From an uncultured Gammaproteobacteria bacterium (GTDB lineage Bacteria; Patescibacteriota; Patescibacteriia; Patescibacteriales; WJLG01): a stretch of 64,000 nucleotides of DNA. The notes under the pieces were generated by a model. The model saw nothing but the letters and a program-made list of their open reading frames with translations, ran no database searches and was not told the DNA's origin. The position numbers and the translations under genes are program-made. Shown here in pieces: positions 40,348-47,957 of this stretch. Each line of letters starts with the position of its first letter. Position 1 is the first letter of the stretch. Location of the stretch: contig CAYNAR010000001.1 of the NCBI GenBank assembly GCA_964395625.1, positions 64,019 through 128,018 of the forward strand, given 5' to 3'.

Positions 40348-40690
40348 TGAAACCTCCAAAATAGTTTTTAGTTATGATTCTCGATTTTTTGACTGAAATT
40401 CCGCGATTTCTTGTTACCAGTTCATTCATTTTTATATCCTTTTTTGGTTGTTAACGAACGTTTTTTATATTAATATTATATCATATTTTATACATATTGT
40501 CAATTTTAGTGATCCGGGTTATGGGGAGAAGGGTTGTAGAGAGCCGGGTCCTGACGAGTATTGGGACCAAAGCGCATGTGAAGATACTTATTACTTTGGC
40601 TGTGAAAAGTTGTATTTAGTAAAAATCAAAGAAGACTATTGAAATTTAAAGGCCCGAGGCGATATGCCCTGGCTTTTTAATATAAGAAGC

Positions 40691-40997
40691 AGGGAGGTCT
40701 GGAATAATGCATCGCATCTGTGGTATAATAGTTAAGTATTGAGTTGTGAGTTTTAAAAATATTTTTCAGTATTCTGCCCGCCGGTAAAGGATTTGGCCGA
40801 CCCTCCTTGGCCTTATTCGATGCCAGTGGACAGAATTCTGCCAAAAACAGGCCTTACAAGGGCTTGTTTTTGGTTTATGGAAGGATTTGGGTGGGTGAGC
40901 GGTATTGTGTAGCGGAAGTGAAGCAAGGCGAGGTGTGTTGGTAAATACTGCCAGTTTTTTGTTTAAAACCTTATAATTAAAGACCTGACCCAAAAAC
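40691..40997 (+). repeat. R1 repeat copy 1 (left TIR-like end, part A, T1 hairpin, right end; promoter region replaced)
   Basis: GGAGGTCTGGAATAAT left end; part A 40751-40870 about 85-90% identical to copies 5 and 8; ends AGACCTGACCCAAAAAC. Confidence 0.85.
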
Positions 40998-41151
40998 AAA
41001 AAGTGTCCTTAAAAAAGTGGCAGTAGTTCACTGATTGGTTTGGCGGTTATCTTCTTGATAGCCGTTTTTTTATTTTTTGTGAGGCACTAATTGTGAGAGT
41101 GTGTTTTCTTGAATAAAAAAGCCCTTCATTTTTTAAAATGAAGGGGTGATT

Positions 41152-41940
41152 TTATAAATTCCAGCCAATAGTATTTAGACCAATAAAGAACGTTGGTTTT
41201 ATGGAGGTATTTGATTCTTTGCCGAGTCGCGTTGTGTGTACCTTTGTCGGGTAAAATATGCCAGCCTCGACTCCGAGAAATTTAGCACTCAAGGAGATTG
41301 GCAAATGATGACTTAAGCTATAAATTGTCCGGTCATCACCATTCGAACTGCAATTCTTTTCTGCTTGAAGATGAAAATAGGAAATAAATCCTTTCACTGA
41401 AAAGTAGTCATTAAAAAGATATTCGACGTATGCCTCTGGAGAGATTGCCAAAAAATTATCAAAATCCGGACTCTTTGTTCTGGGAATTACTCCATTCTTT
41501 TTGAAGGTTGTGTAGTATGGTGTTTCGTAAAAATTCCTTGTCCCAGTGCTATTGCTAACGGGTACCCAATAACCACCGGAATGTCCTTTTTCAGGTATGG
41601 TGATATTCCAGTTTAATCCAACGCCAACACTGACCGGCTCAAGGTCGAAATCAAAACGATGCGACAATTCGATCAACAATCCGCTGCGGGAGCGATATTT
41701 TTCTTTCTCAATAACTTGTGTGCGACTCATGTCGAATTTAATCTCATCATAGTATTTTGGCGGCCAAAGCGAAACAGTTCGAATCTCAAGCGGCATATTT
41801 TTAATAACAAGATCATTCGGTCCGATGTATTTTATCGTGACATTATTACAGAGATAATCACCGCTTTCGCCTTTAAGGTTTTGAGTAAATACAAGAGGAG
41901 TGACAATCGCCATTATTTTGGCGCCGGATAATAACTTCAT
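41152..41940 (-). CDS. Secreted beta-rich hypothetical protein
   Basis: 262 aa; N-terminal hydrophobic segment; alternating beta-strand-like pattern; unknown family. Confidence 0.55.
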   Translation of the reverse strand: MKLLSGAKIMAIVTPLVFTQNLKGESGDYLCNNVTIKYIGPNDLVIKNMPLEIRTVSLWPPKYYDEIKFDMSRTQVIEKEKYRSRSGLLIELSHRFDFDLEPVSVGVGLNWNITIPEKGHSGGYWVPVSNSTGTRNFYETPYYTTFKKNGVIPRTKSPDFDNFLAISPEAYVEYLFNDYFSVKGFISYFHLQAEKNCSSNGDDRTIYSLSHHLPISLSAKFLGVEAGIFYPTKVHTTRLGKESNTSIKPTFFIGLNTIGWNL

Positions 41941-42054
41941 TTAGCACCACCTTTTTGAAAGTTTGGTTTGGAAAAAATGTTAATCTCTAAAATAAATATT
42001 TGATTGTGAAAAAACGAAATCATATTATTATATTTAAAAAACGTCATTTTGTCA

Positions 42055-42290
42055 AAAAATAAGCCTCGCGATGGCTTGTTTTTGGTTTACACAATGGTTT
42101 GGGTTGTGTGGCGGTGATTTATATTATCCTGAAAAATAGGCGGTTTTTAGGGCATTTCAGGGCCTTAAAAACGCTTGCAAATTCTATTTTTTCGTGTTAT
42201 ATTATGGCTTAATCCAAAAATGGCAAATATTGCCAGTTTTTTCGTTTAAAACGCTAAAAGCAAAGACCCGCTCTTAAAGTGATCCAAAAA
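42055..42290 (+). repeat. R1 repeat copy 2 (starts at T1 hairpin; promoter and T2 present)
   Basis: AAGCCTCGCGATGGCTTGTTTTTGGTTT...TATTATCCTGAAAAATAGGCGG...CTTGCAAATTCTATTTTTTCGTGTTATATTATGGCTT...TGGCAAATATTGCCAGTTTTTT. Confidence 0.85.
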
Positions 42291-42331
42291 CCGTGTTCAT
42301 TAAAAAAACTTAAAATGAAAAGGAGTGAAAA

Positions 42332-42826
42332 ATGACAAGGTATTGCTTGGTGTTGTTGTCCATGTCCATAGCTTCCGTGATTTCCGGAATGCTTTACGTC
42401 CAATTTTTCGATTCGTTTAGAAGTAGGAAATTTTTGAAATTATTTCTATATTCAATCGGATTGACTGCTGTCGCCGGAATCTGTTTCACCTTGATGAATG
42501 ATTTTCAGCAAAAACTCGTTCCCATCGACTTTGTGAAAAGCGTAGCGTTCTATGGAGGGATGGTTATCGCTTTGCCGGTAGTTTTTTTCATCGTCTTTTC
42601 TTTGTTCCTTCATCCTTTCCTTGGTTGCAAGCCAGCTATTGGCAACAACCAATTGGCTTATGCCCTTTTATCATGCATAGCGTTTCTTCTTCCGTTGATT
42701 TTTGTAAAAGGAGTGATAATGACCGAGCCTCCAAGTTTCTTCGTTCTACTATTTGGGGTTTGTACTTGCTCCCCGGTCATAATTATCTTATTCGTTGCTA
42801 AAAATTTTAAAAAATCACTTGCTTAA
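42332..42826 (+). CDS. Polytopic membrane protein (about 5 TM), unknown function
   Basis: RBS AAGGAG; hydrophobic throughout. Confidence 0.6.
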   Translation: MTRYCLVLLSMSIASVISGMLYVQFFDSFRSRKFLKLFLYSIGLTAVAGICFTLMNDFQQKLVPIDFVKSVAFYGGMVIALPVVFFIVFSLFLHPFLGCKPAIGNNQLAYALLSCIAFLLPLIFVKGVIMTEPPSFFVLLFGVCTCSPVIIILFVAKNFKKSLA

Positions 42827-42986
42827 ATGGTCCATTTGCGAGGCCTCAAGAATATTTTCTTGAGGCTTTTAATTTAAACTTATAATTTGTATTGTCCTAT
42901 AAAATTATTTGAAAACGCTTACATGGATATGGCGATTCCGAAGATGAAGACCTTTTTGATGATGATTTTTAAGTTTATAATAAAAT

Positions 42987-43256
42987 ATGAATTTCAATAA
43001 ATTAGAAATTGGTAAGCCAATATTAAGTATCACGGGCAGAGCTAGTTATGGAATAATAGGAATAGGGAAGGATGATTCTTGTGTTTATTACAAAAGAATA
43101 AATACTGGATCAGAAGAAAAAATAGAGAAAACAAAACTGGAAGAAATCAAGAGAATGAAAGAGGCTGGGAAAAAGATCAATACAAAAACCATTAAAGAAA
43201 TCGTTCCAAGAAAGCAGTCGCCGGCATTGGCAATACTAAAGAAGCTTGAAGAGTAA
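42987..43256 (+). CDS. Small basic hypothetical protein
   Basis: 89-aa ORF; its last about 8 codons recur as a remnant at 45016-45048. Confidence 0.45.
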   Translation: MNFNKLEIGKPILSITGRASYGIIGIGKDDSCVYYKRINTGSEEKIEKTKLEEIKRMKEAGKKINTKTIKEIVPRKQSPALAILKKLEE

Positions 43257-43285
43257 TACAACAAAGCTTAACCCAAGGCCCGATA

Positions 43286-43418
43286 TTGTTTTAAAGTCTT
43301 TTTTATGCTAAGGTTAGATTTAATAATAAAACAGACAAGTTTGATCACATTCCGGAGGGACTAATGAGATGGACGATAAAGATTTGAACAAGGCAAGATG
43401 TGGCCTTGTTTTTGTTTT
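43286..43418 (+). promoter_or_regulatory. F2 module copy a: promoter TTGTTT-17-TGcTAAGGT, RBS plus 7-codon mini-ORF (43364-43387), terminator (43388-43418)
   Basis: GGAGGG-4nt-ATGAGATGGACGATAAAGATTTGA abuts stem ACAAGGC/GCCTTGT plus T run; 3' ~60 nt identical in copy b. Confidence 0.6.
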
Positions 43419-43436
43419 CTCGTTAATCTTTATAAA

Positions 43437-43895
43437 ATGAATATCATTATCACTAAACCTCAAGATGAGGAAATAGATATAGTTAAAGATGTTACCGAGA
43501 AAGCCTATAAAGAACCGTATCATGAAAACAGTCTAATCACCCAATTCAAGGAAGCCGATGATTTGAGAGAGAAATTCGTTAACGGTGAAATCGGCATAGT
43601 CGTTGCCCGTATTAATGATCAAATAGTTGGCTCGGTTAGATACAAGATAAAAGAAACCGGTGAATTGTATCTATTCAAATTAGCCGTCTTGAAAGAGTTT
43701 AGAAAAAATGGCATAGCTTCGAAGCTTCTATTGGCAATAGAAGAAGAGGCGAGAAGAATTAATATTTTAACAATAAAGCTGGATTGCGCTCAAGAAAAAT
43801 TCCTGCCGCCATTTTATGAAAGACACGGATATAAAATAGATGAAATCAGAGAACACGGCGATCATCATGATGTCTATATGTCGAAAGTCGTTTGA
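43437..43895 (+). CDS. GNAT-family N-acetyltransferase
   Basis: Start MNIIITK; LAVLKEFRKNGIASKLLLAIEEEA (motif A R/QxxGxA); YERHGYK. Confidence 0.8.
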   Translation: MNIIITKPQDEEIDIVKDVTEKAYKEPYHENSLITQFKEADDLREKFVNGEIGIVVARINDQIVGSVRYKIKETGELYLFKLAVLKEFRKNGIASKLLLAIEEEARRINILTIKLDCAQEKFLPPFYERHGYKIDEIREHGDHHDVYMSKVV

Positions 43896-43910
43896 TTATT
43901 TAAATTTTTT

Positions 43911-43985
43911 AGGTAGCCATGAAAACACCCCGCGGGGTGTTTTTTGTGCTTTTAAGGTTTGTTTTTGGTTTAGGGGCGGGCGACT
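43911..43985 (+). repeat. R1-related degenerate fragment (copy 3) with terminator module
   Basis: AGGTAG..GAAAACACCCCGCGGGGTGTTTTTT plus AAGGTTTGTTTTTGGTTTAGGGG. Confidence 0.6.
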
Positions 43986-44119
43986 AAAATAATATTTTAA
44001 AATGTAATTTTGTGATATTATTATTTTAGGAGGGAAACGTAGAAAAATTTTTTTGGCGCATAAAAAGCCGAAATCAACCACTATGCCCCTTTAGGTGGTG
44101 GTATTTTTTTAATTTTTTT

Positions 44120-44752
44120 ATGATTTATGCTTATATAGATGAATCTGGTAATCTTGGCTACAATGAAGGATATTTTATTATTGCCATGTTATCTTCCAAT
44201 AATCCGAAGCGACTAAAAAATATAATAAAATCATTTTGCGCCTATAAATCATTGTCAGAAGTTCATGCAACCGACCTATCTTTCCCTGATAAGCAATACT
44301 TGGTAAACAAACTAGTAAAGCAAAAGGATTACAGCATTTCCTATGTCATTGCCGACAAAATGATGATTGAAAATAAAAAATTATTTGATAATAACAACAT
44401 ACTTTTTAATTATCTTTTCTCTTTTTTAGTTAAAGATATTATTGCTGCCAATACGGGCGATATAGTTTTGCATTTAGATAATAGAACGCAAAAAGTAGCG
44501 TCAGCTAATTCGTTAAAGGATTATATACATATAAAAGCCTTTGCCGAGTGGGGGTTTGATAAAAATCTTGTGATAAGCTATATAGATTCAAAACATTCCA
44601 AGGCTGTGCAAATGGCCGATTTGGTAGCCAACTGCATACATCGCAAGTATCGTCATGGCGTAAGTGATTTTTATTCGCGCTTAAATATTGTGAAGTCCAT
44701 CAAATTTCCAAGTTTAAGTTTTAGAGAAAATTTATTTTTAAAAGATAGTTGA
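44120..44752 (+). CDS. DUF3800-family protein
   Basis: N-terminal MIYAYIDESGNLG; C-terminal Q.ADLVAN region. Confidence 0.7.
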   Translation: MIYAYIDESGNLGYNEGYFIIAMLSSNNPKRLKNIIKSFCAYKSLSEVHATDLSFPDKQYLVNKLVKQKDYSISYVIADKMMIENKKLFDNNNILFNYLFSFLVKDIIAANTGDIVLHLDNRTQKVASANSLKDYIHIKAFAEWGFDKNLVISYIDSKHSKAVQMADLVANCIHRKYRHGVSDFYSRLNIVKSIKFPSLSFRENLFLKDS

Positions 44753-44776
44753 CAAAAAGATATAAATTGATAGTAT
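44749..44776 (+). promoter_or_regulatory. Promoter TTGACA-16-TGaTAGTAT overlapping the DUF3800 stop codon
   Basis: Consensus -35; extended -10. Confidence 0.45.
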
Positions 44777-44782
44777 TATAAT

Positions 44783-44876
44783 ATACATAAATCCTATAGG
44801 GAGCTCTAAGGAGTAAGCGGCGTTTCCGCCGTCGAACTATAGGTAGTTGTGAAAACACCCTGAGGGGTGTTTTTTA
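44783..44876 (+). ncRNA. Candidate small RNA (about 90 nt) downstream of DUF3800
   Basis: Closing helix CCTATAG(44793-99)/CTATAGG(44837-43), inner hairpin CGGCG-TTTC-CGCCG, terminator ACACCC-TGAG-GGGTGT plus T5. Confidence 0.45.
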
Positions 44877-45012
44877 GTATAACCTAAGGCTTGTTTTTGG
44901 TTCCTAGAAGGATTTAGGCAGGGAGGGGGTATTTATATTATCCTGAAAAATAGGCGGTTTTCAGGCTATTTTGGGGCCTGCAAAACGCTTGTAGTTTCTA
45001 TTTTTCATCTAT
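44841..45012 (+). repeat. R1 repeat copy 4 (terminator module, T1 half, part B; promoter degenerate)
   Basis: AAGGCTTGTTTTTGGTTCCTAGAAGGATTT...TATTATCCTGAAAAATAGGCGGTTTTCAGGC...CTTGTAGTTTCTATTTTTCA. Confidence 0.8.
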
Positions 45013-45015
45013 TAC

Positions 45016-45077
45016 AAAAGGGCAATATTGAAGAAGCTTGAAGAGTAATACAACAAAGCTTAACCCAAGGCCCGATA
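45016..45077 (+). repeat. Duplicate of the 3' end and downstream flank of CDS 42987-43256
   Basis: GGCAATATTGAAGAAGCTTGAAGAGTAATACAACAAAGCTTAACCCAAGGCCCGATA vs 43227-43285, nearly identical. Confidence 0.8.
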
Positions 45078-45106
45078 TTGTTTTAAGGTCGTTTTTATGC
45101 TAAGGT
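45078..45106 (+). promoter_or_regulatory. F2 promoter copy c (TTGTTT-17-TGcTAAGGT), no mini-ORF or terminator
   Basis: Same promoter as 43286 and 46064; reads directly into CDS 45144. Confidence 0.55.
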
Positions 45107-45143
45107 TGGATTCAATACAACACCGAATTAAAATAAATAATTG

Positions 45144-46073
45144 ATGAAAAAAATTGAAAGAATAAAAGACATTCTAAGTAGAATTGATAATGATAGTTTG
45201 CTTAGAATCAAGCAGGAAATTAAGGATAAGGAATTACTATTGATATCTTTGGCGGAAAAAGGGGAGATAAGCGACAAAACTTGTGAAGACTCCGTCTTTG
45301 ATTATTTAAAATTGAGTAAAAATCCGCCCCGGCCAAAAAATTTAAACGAGCTCATGGTTCAATTTATCGGTAGTGCGTTCAGTTACAATAGAATAAGAAT
45401 ACAAATGCGCAAGATTCATAGAGAAAGATTTGGCAATCCCGATTTTCCGATAAAAAGCGAGCACAAAAAGATATTGTCATATATTTTTAACGATCAAAGA
45501 TTGAATGACGATTTTTTTTGGCACCCAGAAAGGTTGGGAATTCTAATGGATGAGATTGAGAGTAGGGGGGACTATAATAACCCGATGATTATAACACCGT
45601 ATTGGCTTGGGCGTATAATGTCTACCTTGCTGACAGCGCCGAAAAGAATAATGGAGATTACAGGTGGCGACATATCTGCTTTCTATAAAAAAATCGACGA
45701 AATGTGCAATGACGAATGCCAAGGCGACATCTTTGAAAAATCCAAAAGATTATGGAATTTTGCCAAAGAGATTAGTGTTGGAGTAAAGAATGTAGGCCCC
45801 AATCTGGTTTGTGATTTTTTGAAAGAATCCGGTTTTACAGCCTACGCCAAAATGGATGTCCACCTAATGAGGAGTATGGGGAATTTCTTACATAATTTTA
45901 AAGATGAGAAACTTGATGATTTTGAATCCTTTGTTACCGCGCAGTGGTTTGCCGATAAGATAGGAATGACGCCGTATAGATTTGATAAGATTTTGTTTGT
46001 CTGGGGTATTCAATATCCACAAAAAAATAAAAAAGCGAAGTGCAAGAAAGAAACCACCCAATGTTGTTTTTAA
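45144..46073 (+). CDS. Hypothetical protein with possible HhH-GPD (endonuclease III-like glycosylase) C-terminal motif
   Basis: GVKNVGPNLVCDFLKESGFTAYAKMDVHLMRSMG resembles GVGxKTAxxV...xxVDxHxxR. Confidence 0.35.
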   Translation: MKKIERIKDILSRIDNDSLLRIKQEIKDKELLLISLAEKGEISDKTCEDSVFDYLKLSKNPPRPKNLNELMVQFIGSAFSYNRIRIQMRKIHRERFGNPDFPIKSEHKKILSYIFNDQRLNDDFFWHPERLGILMDEIESRGDYNNPMIITPYWLGRIMSTLLTAPKRIMEITGGDISAFYKKIDEMCNDECQGDIFEKSKRLWNFAKEISVGVKNVGPNLVCDFLKESGFTAYAKMDVHLMRSMGNFLHNFKDEKLDDFESFVTAQWFADKIGMTPYRFDKILFVWGIQYPQKNKKAKCKKETTQCCF

Positions 46074-46198
46074 GCTGTTTTTGTGCTAAGGTTGGATTTA
46101 ACAAAGAAATAGACAAGTTTAATCACATTCTGAGGGGATTAATGAGATGGACGATAAAGATTTGAACAAGGCAAGATGTGGCCTTGTTTTTGTTTTTT
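46064..46198 (+). promoter_or_regulatory. F2 module copy b: promoter, mini-ORF (46142-46165), terminator (46166-46198)
   Basis: -35 overlaps the stop of CDS 45144-46073; mini-ORF MRWTIKI identical to copy a. Confidence 0.6.
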
Positions 46199-46203
46199 AG
46201 TAT

Positions 46204-46380
46204 ATGATAAAAAAGATTTGCACGGATGAAGATAAATTGAGGTGTCCTAATTGTGGTGGTGAATTATATTTTGCTGCAGAGTTTAAGAAAGAAGATGTAA
46301 TATATTACGAATGTCGCAGTTGTGAGAGCGGAAAAAATCAGTCCAAGGTAAGAGTAGTTGGGGGCTTAGTTTGTTGGTGA
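46204..46380 (+). CDS. Small zinc-ribbon protein (58 aa; below ORF-track cutoff)
   Basis: MIKKICTDEDKLRCPNCGGELYFAAEFKKEDVIYYECRSCESGKNQSKVRVVGGLVCW; CxxC...CxxC. Confidence 0.55.
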   Translation: MIKKICTDEDKLRCPNCGGELYFAAEFKKEDVIYYECRSCESGKNQSKVRVVGGLVCW

Positions 46381-46402
46381 ATTTTTAAAATAAAATTAAA
46401 AT

Positions 46403-47269
46403 ATGAAAATTATAGGCATATTAAAAAAAGGTGAAGAAGAAAAGAAAAATATTCTTTACAATCTTTTAAACTCTTACTATTTTGGCAAAATAGAAAGGTG
46501 GAAGAGGAAGGGCGTTTCAGAAGATGATGCTTTTGATAAATATTTAAACTTCTTTATTGCATTGAATATTGCTTATAATCTTTGGGCAAATATAGATAAT
46601 CCAAATTTTAATCCTATTGGAAGCGATGCATCTGCGTTTAAAAAAATAGGCTCCGATTTGTTGAATGATTTAGGTGATGGTGGCAATAGTTACTTGCAGG
46701 GGTTAATTAATATTCTTGATAGTAATCATCTTTTTTTAAATGTTGGCACACAAAATAAAAAAGAAGATATTAAAAATGTTTTCGCAAGAGCTCATGCTAG
46801 TAATGATGTTAAAAAAATAAAAGAAATTGCTTGGGAATCATTTTATTCTGCTAGATGCAATCTAGTACATGGTGTGAAAGGTTATGAAATTTTTCAGGCC
46901 GTGCTTCTTGGATTTATGAACGATGAGCTCTTGAAGCATATAGAAGAAATTATTAAACAGTTAAAAATTTTAAGTGATTTATTAACTATTAATCTGAAAA
47001 TTAAAAAAGATTGTGAGTTTGATAGTGTGGGCGGTGGTGGTAGGTATAAAATTATTAGCAATGACGATGTTGTTGTGAAAATAAAGAGATTGAATGCGGT
47101 TTACGCAGAAAGAGAGTATCCTGTTAAGATGAGTGAGCTTTTGGAAATATTAACAAATTTTTATGGAAAAAGAGGAGAGATAAATACAAGCACCATCGAT
47201 CTGTATGTTTCTGGAAGAGAGTCACTGGCTATGGCAATTTTAAAGCATTGTGAAATTGTAGAAAATTAA
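46403..47269 (+). CDS. Hypothetical protein with RX4H (HEPN-like) motif
   Basis: ESFYSARCNLVHGVKG contains R-x4-H followed by G; N-terminal all-helical pattern. Confidence 0.35.
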   Translation: MKIIGILKKGEEEKKNILYNLLNSYYFGKIERWKRKGVSEDDAFDKYLNFFIALNIAYNLWANIDNPNFNPIGSDASAFKKIGSDLLNDLGDGGNSYLQGLINILDSNHLFLNVGTQNKKEDIKNVFARAHASNDVKKIKEIAWESFYSARCNLVHGVKGYEIFQAVLLGFMNDELLKHIEEIIKQLKILSDLLTINLKIKKDCEFDSVGGGGRYKIISNDDVVVKIKRLNAVYAEREYPVKMSELLEILTNFYGKRGEINTSTIDLYVSGRESLAMAILKHCEIVEN

Positions 47270-47306
47270 TAGTAATTTTTAAAATAATTAGTTTAAAACT
47301 ATATTT

Positions 47307-47534
47307 ATGCAAGAGATAAAAATTGAGGACAAACAAAAATATCTTAATGAACACTATCTTTTTGCGCCTGTTCCTAAGATTGAAGAGAAAATGGTATGTG
47401 CTCATTGTGATTCCGTTTTTACAGTTGGTGATTATAGAGTGTATAAAGATGAAACTGGTTTCGAGGCTATTTGTTGTCCTAATGCACCAGAATGCAAGGG
47501 AACAATTATAGATTGGGTGTCAAAAGAAGAATAA
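47307..47534 (+). CDS. Small zinc-ribbon-like protein
   Basis: CAHC...CCPNAPEC Cys pairs; 75 aa. Confidence 0.5.
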   Translation: MQEIKIEDKQKYLNEHYLFAPVPKIEEKMVCAHCDSVFTVGDYRVYKDETGFEAICCPNAPECKGTIIDWVSKEE

Positions 47535-47650
47535 ATTTTGGGTCAAGTCTTGAATCGTGAATTTTAAAAATATTTTCCAGCACTCTGTCTGCTGGCAAAA
47601 GATCTGGCCAACCCTCCTTGACCTATTTAATGCCAGTGGACAGAATTCTG

Positions 47651-47683
47651 CCCAAAACAAGCCCCTCAAAGGCTTGTTTTGGG
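47651..47683 (+). terminator. R1 internal hairpin T1 (13-bp perfect stem)
   Basis: CCCAAAACAAGCC-CCTCAAA-GGCTTGTTTTGGG. Confidence 0.6.
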
Positions 47684-47771
47684 TTTTGGAGGGGTGAAAC
47701 AGGCTGTCATTGTGTATTTTGTCGCTCAGAAAAAGAGGGGGTTACGAGACTGTTTTAAGCCCCAAAAACAC

Positions 47772-47800
47772 TTGCAAATTATATTTTTTCGTGGTATATT
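47772..47800 (+). promoter_or_regulatory. R1 internal promoter TTGCAA-17-TGgTATATT
   Basis: Conserved in 6 R1 copies (42.2, 47.8, 48.96, 50.7, 52.0 and 54.4 kb). Confidence 0.6.
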
Positions 47801-47812
47801 ATGGCTTAAATT

Positions 47813-47839
47813 AAAAATGGCAAATATTGCCAGTTTTTT
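47813..47839. terminator. R1 internal hairpin T2 (bidirectional terminator)
   Basis: AAAAA-TGGCAA-ATA-TTGCCA-G-TTTTTT. Confidence 0.65.
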
Positions 47840-47923
47840 GTTTAAAAAAGTCTTAATTCCAGACCTGACCCCAAAATTAATTTAAACTTGTAATTTGCAT
47901 ATAGATAATATATGTATAATAGC

Positions 47924-47951
47924 TTGACATACGGATTATTAATGGTATAAT
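47924..47951 (+). promoter_or_regulatory. Promoter TTGACA-16-TGgTATAAT
   Basis: Consensus hexamers plus extended -10 upstream of the NYN leader. Confidence 0.65.
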
Positions 47952-47957
47952 TAATTT

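Larger units (their letters stand above)
47535..47877 (+). mobile_element. R1 repeat copy 5: full-length 343-bp MITE-like element with terminal inverted repeats
   Basis: Left ATTTTGGGTCAAGTCTTGAAT vs reverse complement of right end ATTTTGGGGTCAGGTCTGGAAT; flanked by TAA on both sides; no ORF. Confidence 0.7.

Noticed and set aside
40448-40642. 64-aa ORF with TTG start
   Set aside because: There is no ATG in frame and no RBS. It lies in an AT-rich promoter-like region, so it is probably non-coding.
40766-40999. Minus-strand ORFs running through R1 repeats (40766-40999, 51768-52052, 54210-54395, 43896-44081) that share peptide strings such as KPKTSPC(K/E)ACFWQNSVHWH
   Set aside because: The conservation is at the nucleotide level of a non-coding repeat made of hairpins, a promoter and terminators. 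The ORFs have no RBS, differ in length and frame context, and G:U-preserving substitutions indicate + strand RNA structure rather than coding.
44078-44119. Terminator directly upstream of the DUF3800 start, extending the 'terminator before every cassette' theme
   Set aside because: Only a 5-bp stem (ACCAC/GTGGT) with a 13-nt loop precedes the T-rich run, which is too weak to call.
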